Shown here piece by piece: positions 36,850-48,600 of a stretch of 64,000 nt of DNA (position 1 is its first letter; each line of letters opens with the position of its first letter). The DNA lies in assembly GCA_964016885.1 (NCBI GenBank), contig OZ024743.1:133610001-133674000 (forward strand), in the 5' to 3' direction. The position numbers and the translations under genes were made by a program. The stretch comes from Eledone cirrhosa. Its lineage: Eukaryota. The notes under the pieces are model-generated. The model did no database searches. It was given only the letters and a program-made list of their open reading frames with translations, and had not been told where the DNA came from.

Positions 36850-39800
36850 GTATTTGGTGCTTGGTGCTTGGTGCTTGGTGCTTGGTGTTTGGTGCTTGGT
36901 GCTTGGTGCTTGGTCTTTGGTGCTTGGTGTTTGGTGTTTGGTGCTTGGTGCTTGGTGTTTGGTGCTTGGTGCTTGGTGATTAGTGTGTGGTGCTTGGTGC
37001 TTGTGGTTTGGTGTTTGGTGCTTGGTGCTTGGTGTTTGGTGCTTGGTGCTTGGTGTTTGGTGCTTGGTGTTTGCTGTTTGCTGTTTGGTGTCTGCTTTTT
37101 GGTGTTTGGTGTTTGCTGTATGGTGTTTGGTGTTTGGTGTTTGGTGTTTCCTGTTTGGTCTTTAGTCTTTGGTGCTTGGTGTTTGGTGCTTGGTGCTTGG
37201 TGTTTGGTGTTTGGTTCTTGGTGCTTGGTGTTTGGTGCTTGGTGCTTGGTGCTTGTTGTTTGGTGATTGGTGTTGGTGCTTGGTGTTTGGTGTTTGGTGC
37301 TTGGGGCTTGGTGCTTGGTGCTGCGTGCTTGGTGCTTGGTGCTTGGTGCTTGGTGTTCTGTGTTTGGTGTTTGATGCTTGGTGTTTGGTGTTTGGTGTTT
37401 GGTGCTTGGTGTTTGGTGTTTGGTGTTTGGTGCTTGGTGCTTGGTGTTTGATGCTTGGTGCTTGATGCTTGGTGCTTGGTGTTTGGTGCTTGGTGTTTGT
37501 ACTTGGTGCTTGGTGCTTGGTGTTTGGTGCTTGGTGTTTGGTGCTTGCTGTTTGGTGTTTGCTGTTTGCTGTTTGCTGTTTGCTGTTTGGTGTTTGCTGT
37601 TTGGTGTTTGCTGTTTGGTGTTTGGTGCTTGCTGTTGGGTGCTTGGTGTTTGGTGCTTGGTGCTTACTGTTTGGTGTTTGGTGTTTGGTGCTTGGTGCTT
37701 GGGGCTTGGTGTTTGGTGCTTGGTGCTTGGTGCCTGGTGTTTGGTGTTTGGTGCTTGGTGTTTGGTGCTTGGTGCTGGGTGTTTGGTGCTTGGTGTTTGG
37801 TTCATGGTGCTTGGTGCTTGGTGTTTGTCGCTTGGTGCTTGGTGCTTGGTGTTTGGTGCTTGGTATTTGGTGATTGGTGCTTGGTGTTTGGTGTTTGGTG
37901 CTTCGTGGTTGGTGTTTGGTGTTTGGTGCTTGGTGTTTGGTGTTTGGTGCTGGGTGCTTGGTGTTTGGTGCTTGGAGTTTGGTGCTTGGTGCTTGGTGTT
38001 TGGTGTTTGGTGTTTGATGCTTGGTGTTTGATGCTTGGTGCTTGGTGCTTGGTGTTTGGTGCTTGGTGTTTGTACTTGGTGTTTGGTGCTTGGTGTTTTG
38101 TGCTTGGTTCTTGGTGTTTGGTGTTTGGTGCTTGGTGCTTGGTGCTTGGTGTTAGGTGTTTGGTGCTTGGTGCTTGGTGTTTGGTGTTTGTTCCTTGGTG
38201 CTTGGTGTTTAGTGCTTGGTGCTTGGTGTTTGTTGTTTGGTGTTTTCTGCTTGCTGCTTGGTGTTTGGTGCTTGGTGCTTGGTGCTTGGTGTTTGGTGTT
38301 TGGTGCTAGGTGCTTGGTGTTTGGTGTTTGGTGTTTGGTGTTTGATGCTTGGTGTTTGGTGCTTGGTGTTTGGTGTTTGGTGTTTGGTGTTTGGTGCTTG
38401 GTGCTTGGGGCTTGGTGTTTGGTGCTTGGTGCTTGGTGCTGGGTGGTTGGTATTTGGTGCTTGGTGCTTGGTGTTTGGTGCTTGGTGCTTGGTGCTTGGT
38501 GTTTGGTGCTTGGTGCTTGGTGCTTGGTCTTTGGTGCTTGGTGTTTGGTGCTTGGTGCTTGGTGCTTGGTGTTTGGTGCTTGGTGATTAGTGTTTGGTGC
38601 TTGGTGCTTGGGGTTTGGTGTTTGGTGCTTGGTACTTGGTGTTTGGTGCTTGGTGTTTGGTGTTTGCTGTTTGGTGTTTGGTGTTTGGTGTATGCTGTTT
38701 GGTGTCTGCTTTTTGGTGTTTGGTGTTTGCTGTATGGTGTTTGCTGTTTGGTGTTTGGTGTTTGCTGTTTTGTGTTTGGTGTTTGCTGTTTGGCCTTTGG
38801 TCTTTGGTGCTTGGTGTTTGGTGCTTGGTGCTTGGTGTTTGGTGTTTGGTGCTTGGTGTTTGGTGTTTGGTGCTTGGTGCTTGGTGTTTGGTGTTTGGTG
38901 TTTGGTGCTTGGTGTTTGGTGTTTGGTGTTTGGTGCTTGGTGCTTGGTGTTTGGTGTTTCGTGTTTGGTGTTTGGTGCTTGTTGCTTGGTGCTTGGTGCT
39001 TGGTGTTTGGTGCTTGGTGCTTGGTGTTTGGTGCTTGGTGCTTGGTGTTTGGTGTTTGGTGCTTCGTGCTTGGTGTTTGGTGTTTGGTGTTATATGCTTG
39101 GTGCTTGGTGCTTGGTGTTTGGTGCTTGGTGCTTGGTGTGTGGTGCTTGTTGCTTGGTACTTGGTGCTTGGTGTTTGGTGCTTGGTGCTTGGTGTTTGGT
39201 GCTTGGTGCTTGGTGCTTGGTGTTTGGTGCTTGGTGCTTGGTGCTTGGTGTTTGGTGCTTGGTGTTTGGTGTTTGGTGTTTGGTGCTTGGTGCTTGGTGT
39301 TTGGTGCTTGGTGCTTGGTGTTTGGTGTTTCGTGTTTCGTGTTTGGTGCTTGTTGCTTGGTGCTTGGTGCTTGGTGCTTGGTGCTTGGTGCTTGGTGTTT
39401 GGTGTTTGGTGCTTGGTGCTTGGTGTTTGGTGTTTGGTGTTATATGCTTGGTGTTTGATGCTTGGTGCTTGGTGCTTGGTGTTTGGTGCTTGGTGTTTGG
39501 TGCTTGGTGTTAGGTGTTTGGTGCTTGGTGCTTGGTGTTTGGTGCTTGGTGTTTGGTGCTTGGTGCTTGGTGTTTGGTGTTTGGTGCTTGGTGTTTGGTG
39601 CTTGGTGCTTGGTGCTTGGTGCTGGGTGTTTGGTGCTTGGTGATTGGTGTTTGGTGCATGGTGCTTTGTTTTTGGTGTTTGCCGCTTGGTGCTTGGTGCT
39701 TGGTGTATGGTGCTTGGTGTTTGGTGTTTGGTGCTTGGTGCTTGGTGTTTGGTGTTTGGTGCTTGGTGTTTGGTGTTTGGTGCTTGGTGCTTGGTGTTTG

Positions 39801-42610
39801 TTGCTCGGTACTTGGTGCATGGTGTTTGGTGCTGGGTGCTTGGTGTTTGGTGCTTGGTGTTTGGTGCTTGGTGTTTGGTGTTTGGTGCTTCGTGCTTGGG
39901 GCTTGGTGTTTGGTGCTAGGTGCTTGGTGCTTGGTGTTTGCTGCTTGGTGTTTGGTGCTTGGTACTTGGGGCTTGGTGTTTGGTGCTTGGTGCTTGGGGT
40001 TTGGTGCTTGGTGCTTGGTGTTCGGTGTTTGGTGCTTGGTGCTTGGTGCTTCGTGCTGGGAGGTTGGTGTTTGGTGCTTGGTGCTTGGTATTTGGTGCTT
40101 GGTGCTTGGTGCTTGGTGTTTGGTGCTTGGTGCTTGGTGCTTGGTCTTTGGTGCTTGGTGTTTGGTGTTTGGTGCTTGGTGCTTGGTGTTTGGTGCTTGG
40201 TGCTTGGTGATTAGTGTTTGGTGCTTGGTGCTTGTGGTTTGGTGTTTGGTGCTTGGTGCTTGGTGTTTGGTGCTTGGTGCTTGGTTTTTGGTGCTTGGTG
40301 TTTGCTGTTTGCTGTTTGGTGTCTGCTTTTTGGTGTTTGGTGTTTGCTGTATGGTGTTTGGTGTTTGGTGTTTGGTGTTTCCTGTTTGGTCTTTAGTCTT
40401 TGGTGCTTGGTGTTTGGTGCTTGGTGCTTGGTGTTTGGTGTTTGGTTCTTGGTGCTTGGTGTTTGGTGCTTGGTGCTTGGTGCTTGTTGTTTGGTGATTG
40501 GTGTTGGTGCTTGGTGTTTGGTGTTTGGTGCTTGGGGCTTGGTGCTTGGTGCTGCGTGCTTGGTGCTTGGTGCTTGGTGCTTGGTGTTCTGTGTTTGGTG
40601 TTTGATGCTTGGTGTTTGGTGTTTGGTGTTTGGTGCTTGGTGTTTGGTGTTTGGTGTTTGGTGCTTGGTGCTTGGTGTTTGATGCTTGGTGCTTGATGCT
40701 TGGTGCTTGGTGTTTGGTGCTTGGTGTTTGTACTTGGTGCTTGGTGCTTGGTGTTTGGTGCTTGTTGTTTGGTGCTTGCTGTTTGGTGTTTGCTGTTTGC
40801 TGTTTGCTGTTTGCTGTTTGCTGTTTGCTGTTTGGTGTTTGCTGTTTGGTGTTTGGTGCTTGCTGTTGGGTGCTTGGTGTTTGGTGCTTGGTGCTTACTG
40901 TTTGGTGTTTGGTGTTTGGTGCTTGGTGCTTGGGGCTTGGTGTTTGGTGCTTGGTGCTTGGTGCTTGGTGTTTGGTGTTTGGTGCTTGGTGTTTGGTGCT
41001 TGGTGCTGGGTGTTTGGTGCTTGGTGTTTGGTTCATGGTGCTTGGTGCTTGGTGTTTGTCGCTTGGTGCTTGGTGCTTGGTGTTTGGTGCTTGGTATTTG
41101 GTGATTGGTGCTTGGTGTTTGGTGTTTGGTGCTTCGTGCTTGGTGTTTGGTGTTTGGTGCTTGGTGTTTGGTGTTTGGTGCTGGGTGCTTGGTGTTTGGT
41201 GCTTGGAGTTTGGTGCTTGGTGCTTGGTGTTTGGTGTTTGGTGTTTGATGCTTGGTGTTTGATGCTTGGTGCTTGGTGCTTGGTGTTTGGTGCTTGGTGT
41301 TTGTACTTGGTGTTTGGTGCTTGGTGTTTTGTGCTTGGTTCTTGGTGTTTGGTGTTTGGTGCTTGGTGCTTGGTGCTTGGTGTTAGGTGTTTGGTGCTTG
41401 GTGCTTGGTGTTTGGTGTTTGTTCCTTGGTGCTTGGTGTTTAGTGCTTGGTGCTTGGTGTTTGTTGTTTGGTGTTTTCTGCTTGCTGCTTGGTGTTTGGT
41501 GCTTGGTGCTTGGTGCTTGGTGTTTGGTGTTTGGTGCTAGGTGCATGGTGTTTGGTGTTTGGTGTTTGGTGTTTGATGCTTGGTGTTTGGTGCTTGGTGT
41601 TTGGTGTTTGGTGTTTGGTGTTTGGTGCTTGGTGCTTGGGGCTTGGTATTTGGTGCTTGGTGCTTGGTGCTGGGTGGTTGGTATTTGGTGCTTGGTGCTT
41701 GGTGTTTGGTGCTTGGTGCTTGGTGCTTGGTGTTTGGTGCTTGGTGCTTGGTGCTTGGTCTTTGGTGCTTGGTGTTTGGTGCTTGGTGCTTGGTGCTTGG
41801 TGTTTGGTGCTTGGTGATTAGTGTTTGGTGCTTGGTGCTTGGGGTTTGGTGTTTGGTGCTTGGTACTTGGTGTTTGGTGCTTGGTGTTTGGTGTTTGCTG
41901 TTTGGTATTTGGTGTTTGGTGTATGCTGTTTGGTGTCTGCTTTTTGGTGTTTGGTGTTTGCTGTATGGTGTTTGCTGTTTGGTGTTTGGTGTTTGCTGTT
42001 TTGTGTTTGGTGTTTGCTGTTTGGCCTTTGGTCTTTGGTGCTTGGTGTTTGGTGCTTGGTGCTTGGGGTTTGGTGTTTGGTGCTTGGTGTTTGGTGTTTG
42101 CTGCTTGGTGCTTGGTGTTTGGTGTTTGGTGTTTGGTGCTTGGTGTTTGGTGTTTGGTGTTTGGTGCTTGGTGCTTGGTGTTTGGTGTTTCGTGTTTGGT
42201 GTTTGGTGCTTGTTGCTTGGTGCTTGGTGCTTGGTGTTTGGTGCTTGGTGCTTGGTATTTGGTGCTTGGTGCTTGGTGTTTGGTGTTTGGTGCTTCGTGC
42301 TTGGTGTTTGGTGTTTGGTGTTATATGCTTGGTGCTTGGTGCTTGGTGTTTGGTGCTTGGTGCTTGGTGTGTGGTGCTTGTTGCTTGGTACTTGGTGCTT
42401 GGTGTTTGGTGCTTGGTGCTTGGTGTTTGGTGCTTGGTGCTTGGTGCTTGGTGTTTGGTGCTTGGTGCTTGGTGCTTGGTGTTTGGTGCTTGGTGTTTGG
42501 TGTTTGGTGTTTGGTGCTTGGTGCTTGGTGTTTGGTGCTTGGTGCTTGGTGTTTGGTGTTTCGTGTTTCGTGTTTGGTGCTTGTTGCTTGGTGCTTGGTG
42601 CTTGGTGCTT
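36850..42610 (+). repeat. Direct repeat of about 2.5 kb, offset 3231 (~36850-39380 and ~40085-42610)
   Basis: ORFs 36987..37451 and 37169..37465 recur identically, and 37378..38031 and 38035..38586 near-identically, at +3231 (462x7-3). The 6-bp unit GGTGTT is shared at 37269 and 40500. Confidence 0.91.
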
Positions 42611-42679
42611 GGTGTTTGGTGCTTGGTGTTTGGTGCTTGGTGCTTGGTGTTTGGTGTTTGGTGCTTGGTGTTTGGTGCT

Positions 42680-45600
42680 TGGTGTTAGGTGTTTGGTGCT
42701 TGGTGCTTGGTGTTTGGTGCTTGGTGTTTGGTGCTTGGTGCTTGGTGTTTGGTGTCTGGTGCTTGGTGTTTGGTGCTTGGTACTTGGTGCTTGGTGCTTG
42801 GTGTTAGGTGTTTGGTGCTTGGTGCTTGGTGTTTGGTTTTTGGTGTTTGGTGCTTGGTGTTTGGTCTTTGGTGCTTGGTGATTGGTGCTTGGTGTTTGGT
42901 GCTTGGTGTTTGGTGTTTGGTACTAGGTGCTTGGTGCTTGGTGTTTGGTGCTTGGTGCTTGGTGTCTGGTGTTTGGTGTTTGGTGCTTGGTGCTTGGTGT
43001 TTGGTGCTTGGTCTTTGGTGCTTGGTGTTTGGTGCTTGGTGCTTGGTGTTTGGTGTTTGGTGCTTGGTGGTTGGTGCTTGTTGTTTGGTGATTGGTGCTT
43101 GGTGTTTGATGGTTGGTGCTTGGGGCTTGGTGTTTGGTGCTGCGTGCTTGGTGCTTGGTGTTTGGTGCTTGGTGCTTGTGGTTTGGTGTTTGGTGCTTGG
43201 TGCTTGTGGTTTGGTGTTTGGTGCTTGGTGCTTGGTGTTTGGTGCTTGGTGCTTGGTGTTTGGTGCTTGGTGTTTGTTTTTGCTGTTTGCTGTTTGGTGT
43301 TTGGTGTTTGCTGTTTACTGTTTGGTGTCTGCTTTTTGGTGTTTGGTGTTTGCTGTATGGTGTTTGCTGTTTCGTGTTTATTGTTTGCTGTTTGGTGTTT
43401 GGTGTTTGGTGTTTCCTGTTTGGTCTTTAGTCTTTGGTGCTTGGTGTTTGGTGCTTGGTGCTTGGTGTTTGGTGCTTGGTGGTTGGTGCTTGTTGTTTGG
43501 TGATTGGTGCTTGGTGTTTGATGGTTGGTGCTTGGGGCTTGGTGTTTGGTGCTGCGTGCTTGGTGCTTGGTGCTTGGTGCTTGGTGTTTTGTGTTTGGTG
43601 TTTGATGCTTGGTGTTTGGTGTTTGGTGTTTGGTGCTTGGTGCTTGGTGTTTGGTGTTTCATGCTTGGTGCTTGATGCTTGGTGCTTGGTGCTTGGTGTT
43701 TGGTGCTTGGTGCTTGGTGATTGTACTTGGTGCTTGGTGCTTGGTGTTTGGTGCTTGGTGTTTGGTGCTTGGTGTTTGGTGTTTGCTCTTTGCTGTTTGG
43801 TGTTTGGTGTTTGCTGTTTGGTGTTTGGTGTTTGGTGTTTGTTGTTTGGTGTTTGTTGTTTGGTGCTTGGTGTTTGGTGCTTGGTGCTTGGTGTTTGGTG
43901 TTTGGTGTTTGGTGCTTGGTGCTTGGGGTTTGGTGTTTGGTGCTTGGTGCTTGGTGCTTGGTGTTTGGTGTTTGGTGTTTGGTGCTTGGTGCTTGGTGTT
44001 TGGTGCATGGTGCTTGGTTTTTGGTGTTTGTCGCTTGATGCTTGGTGCTTGGTGTTTGGTGCTTGGTGTTTGGTGTTTGGTGCTTGGTGCTTGGTGTTTG
44101 GTGTTTGGTGCTTGATGTTTGGTGTTTGGTGCTTGGTGCTTGGTGTTTGTTGCTTGGTACTTGGTGCATGGTGTTTGATGCTTGGTGTTTGATGCTTGGT
44201 GCTTGGTGTTTGGTGCTTGGTGTTTGTACTTGGTGCTTGGTGCTTGGTGTTTTGTGCTTGGTTCTTGGTGTTTGGTGTTTGGCGCTTGGTGCTTGGTGTT
44301 AGGTGTTTGGTGCTTGGTGCTTGGTGTTTGGTGTTTGGTCCTTGGTGCTTGGTGTTTAGTGCTTGGTGCTTGGTGTTTTTTGTTTGGTGCTTTCTGCTTG
44401 CTGCTTGGTGTTTGGTGCTTGGTGATTGGTGCTTGGTGTTTGGTGCTTGGTGCTTGGTGTTTGGTGTTTGGTGCTAGGTGCTTGGTGTTTGGTGTTTGGT
44501 GTTTGGTGTTTGGTGTTTGGTGCTTGGTACTTGGGGCTTGGTGTTTGGTGCTTGGTGCTTGGTGTTTGGTGTTTGGTGCTTGGGGCTTGGTGTTTGGTGT
44601 TGCGTGCTTGGTGCTTGGTGCTTGGTGTTTTGTGTTTGGTGTTTGATGCTTGGTGTTTGGTGTTTGGTGTTTGGTGCTTGGTGTTTGGTGTTTGGTGTTT
44701 GGTGCTTGGTGCTTGGTGTTTGATGCTTGGTGCTTGATGCTTGGTGCTTGGTGTTTGGTGCTTGGTGTTTGTACTTGGTGCTTGGTGCTTGGTGTTTGGT
44801 GCTTGGTGTTTGGTGCTTGGTGTTTGCTGTTTGCTGTTTGCTGTTTGCTGTTTGCTGTTTGGTGTTTGCTGTTTGGTGTTTGCTGTTTGGTGTTTGGTGC
44901 TTGCTGTTGGGTGTTTGGTGTTTGGTGCTTGCTGCTTAGTGTTTGGTGTTTGGTGTTTGGTGCTTGGTGCTTGGGGCTTGGTGTTTGGTGCTTGGTGCTT
45001 GGTGCTTGGTGTTTGTCGCTTGGTGCTTGGTGCTTGGTGTTTGGTGCTTGGTGCTTGGTGTTTGGTGTTTGGTGCTTGGTGCTTGGTGTTTGGTGTTTGG
45101 TGCTTGGTGTTTGGTGTTTGGTGCTTGGTGCTTGGTGTTTGTTGCTTGGTACTTGGTGCATGGTGTTTGGTACTGTGTGCTTGGTGTTTGGTGCTTGGTG
45201 TTTGGTGCTTAGTGCTTGGTGTTTGGTGTTTGGTGTTTGATGCTTGGTGTTTGATGCTTGGTGCTTGGTGCTTGGTGTTTGGTGCTTGGTGTTTGTACTT
45301 GGTGTTTGGTGCTTGGTGTTTTGTGCTTGGTTCTTGGTGTTTGGTGTTTGGTGCTTGGTGCTTGGTGCTTGGTGTTAGGTGTTTCGTGCTTGGTGCTTGG
45401 TGTTTGGTGTTTGGTCCTTGGTGCTTGGTGTTTAGTGCTTGGTGCTTGGTGTTTGTTGTTTGGTGTTTTCTGCTTGCTGCTTGGTGTTTGGTGCTTGGTG
45501 TTTGGTGCTAGGTGCTTGGTGTTTGGTGTTTGGAGTTTGGTGTTTGATGCTTGGTGTTTGGTGCTTGGTGTTTGGTGTTTGGTGCTTGGTGCTTGGGGCT

Positions 45601-48600
45601 TGGTGTTTGGTGCTTGGTGCTTGGTGCTTGGTGCTTGGTGTTTGCTGCTTGGTGTTTGGTGTTTGGTCTTTGGTGCTTGGTGCTTGGTGTTTGGTGCTTG
45701 GTGCTTGGTGCTGGGTGGTTGGTATTTGGTGCTTGGTGCTTGGTGTTTGGTGCTTGGTGCTTGGTGCTTGGTGTTTGTTGCTTGGTGTTTAGTGTTTGGT
45801 GCCTGGTGCTTGGGGTTTGGTGTTTGGTGCTTGGTACTTGGTGTTTGGTGCTTGGTGTTTGGTGTTTGGTGTTTGGTGTTTGGTGTATGCTGTTTGGTGT
45901 CTGCTTTTTGGTGTTTGGTGTTTGCTGTATGGTGTTTGCTGTTTGGTGTTTGGTGTTTGCTGTTTTGTGTTTGGTGTTTGCTGTTTGGTCTTTGGTGCTT
46001 GGTGTTTGGTGCTTGGTGCTTGGTGTTTGGTGCTTGGTGCTTGGTGTTTGGTGTTTGGTGCTTGGTGCTTGGTGCTTGGTGTTTGGTGTTTGGTGCTTGG
46101 TGTCTGGTGCTTGGTGTTTGGTGTTTGGTGTTTGGTGCTTGGTGTTTGGTGTTTGGTGTTTGGTGCTTGGTGCTTGGTGTTTGGTGTTTCGTGTTTGGTG
46201 TTTGGTGCTTGTTGCTTGGTGCTTGGTGCTTGGTGTTTGGTGCTTGGTGCTTGGTGTTTGGTGCTGGGTGCGTGGTGTTTGGTGCTTGGTGCTTGGTGCT
46301 TGGTGTTTGGTGTTTGGTGCTTGGTGCTTGGTGTTTGGTGTTTGGTGTTATATGCTTGGTGTTTGATGCTTGGTGCTTGGTGCTTGGTGCTTGGTGTTTG
46401 GTGCTTGGTGCTTGGTGTTTGGTGCTGGGTGCGTGGTGTTTGGTGCTTGGTGTTTGGTGCTTGGTGCTTGGTGTTTGGTGCTTGGTGTTTGGTGCTTGGT
46501 GTTTGGTGCTTGGTGCTTGGTGTTTGGTGTTTGGTGCTTGGTGTTTGGTGCTTGGTGTTAGGTGTTTGGTGCTTGGTGCTTGGTGTTTGGTGCTTGGTGT
46601 TTGGTGCTTGGTGCTTGGTGTTTGGTGTCTGGTGCTTGGTGTTTGGTGCTTGGTACTTGGTGCTTGGTGCTTGGTGTTAGGTGTTTGGTGCTTGGTGCTT
46701 GGTGTTTGGTTTTTGGTGTTTGGTGCTTGGTGTTTGGTCTTTGGTGCTTGCTGCTGGCTGCTTGGTGTTTGGTGCTTGGTGATTGGTGCTTGGTGTTTGG
46801 TGCTTGGTGTTTGGTGTTTGGTACTAGGTGCTTGGTGCTTGGTGTTTGGTGCTTGGTGCTTGGTGTCTGGTGTTTGGTGTTTGGTGCTTGGTGCTTGGTG
46901 TTTGGTGCTTGGTCTTTGGTGCTTGGTGTTTGGTGCTTGGTGCTTGGTGTTTGGTGCTTAGTGCTTGGTGATTAGTGTTTGGTGCTTGGTGCTTGTGGTT
47001 TGGTGTTTGGTGCTTGGTGCTTGGTGTTTGGTGCTTGGTGCTTGGTGTTTGGTGCTTGGTGTTTGGTTTTTGCTGTTTGCTGTTTGGTGTTTGGTGTTTG
47101 CTGTTTACTGTTTGGTGTCTGCTTTTTGGTGTTTGGTGTTTGCTGTATGGTGTTTGCTGTTTCGTGTTTATTGTTTGCTGTTTGGTGTTTGGTGTTTGGT
47201 GTTTCCTGTTTGGTCTTTAGTCTTTGGTGCTTGGTGTTTGGTGCTTGGTGCTTGGTGTTTGGTGCTTGGTGGTTGGTGCTTGTTGTTTGGTGATTGGTGC
47301 TTGGTGTTTGGTGGTTGGTGCTTGGGGCTTGGTGTTTGGTGCTGCGTGCTTGGTGCTTGGTGCTTGGTGCTTGGTGTTTTGTGTTTGGTGTTTGATGCTT
47401 GGTGTTTGGTGTTTGGTGTTTGGTGCTTGGTGCTTGGTGTTTGGTGTTTCATGCTTGGTGCTTGATGCTTGGTGCTTGGTGCTTGGTGTTTGGTGCTTGG
47501 TGCTTGGTGATTGTACTTGGTGCTTGGTGCTTGGTGTTTGGTGCTTGGTGTTTGGTGCTTGGTGTTTGGTGTTTGCTCTTTGCTGTTTGGTGTTTGGTGT
47601 TTGCTGTTTGGTGTTTGGTGTTTGGTGTTTGTTGTTTGGTGTTTGTTGTTTGGTGCTTGGTGTTTGGTGCTTGGTGCTTGGTGTTTGGTGTTTGGTGTTT
47701 GGTGCTTGGTGCTTGGGGTTTGGTGTTTGGTGCTTGGTGCTTGGTGCTTGGTGTTTGGTGTTTGGTGTTTGGTGCTTGGTGCTTGGTGTTTGGTGCATGG
47801 TGCTTGGTTTTTGGTGTTTGTCGCTTGATGCTTGGTGCTTGGTGTTTGGTGCTTGGTGTTTGGTGTTTGGTGCTTGGTGCTTGGTGTTTGGTGTTTGGTG
47901 CTTGATGTTTGGTGTTTGGTGCTTGGTGCTTGGTGTTTGTTGCTTGGTACTTGGTGCATGGTGTTTGATGCTTGGTGTTTGATGCTTGGTGCTTGGTGTT
48001 TGGTGCTTGGTGTTTGTACTTGGTGCTTGGTGCTTGGTGTTTTGTGCTTGGTTCTTGGTGTTTGGTGTTTGGCGCTTGGTGCTTGGTGTTAGGTGTTTGG
48101 TGCTTGGTGCTTGGTGTTTGGTGTTTGGTCCTTGGTGCTTGGTGTTTAGTGCTTGGTGCTTGGTGTTTTTTGTTTGGTGCTTTCTGCTTGCTGCTTGGTG
48201 TTTGGTGCTTGGTGATTGGTGCTTGGTGTTTGGTGCTTGGTGCTTGGTGTTTGGTGTTTGGTGCTAGGTGCTTGGTGTTTGGTGTTTGGTGTTTGGTGCT
48301 TGGTGTTTGGTGCTTGGTACTTGGGGCTTGGTGTTTGGTGCTTGGTGCTTGGTGTTTGGTGTTTGGTGCTTGGGGCTTGGTGTTTGGTGTTGCGTGCTTG
48401 GTGCTTGGTGCTTGGTGTTTTGTGTTTGGTGTTTGATGCTTGGTGTTTGGTGTTTGGTGTTTGGTGCTTGGTGTTTGGTGTTTGGTGTTTGGTGCTTGGT
48501 GCTTGGTGTTTGATGCTTGGTGCTTGATGCTTGGTGCTTGGTGTTTGGTGCTTGGTGTTTGTACTTGGTGCTTGGTGCTTGGTGTTTGGTGCTTGGTGTT

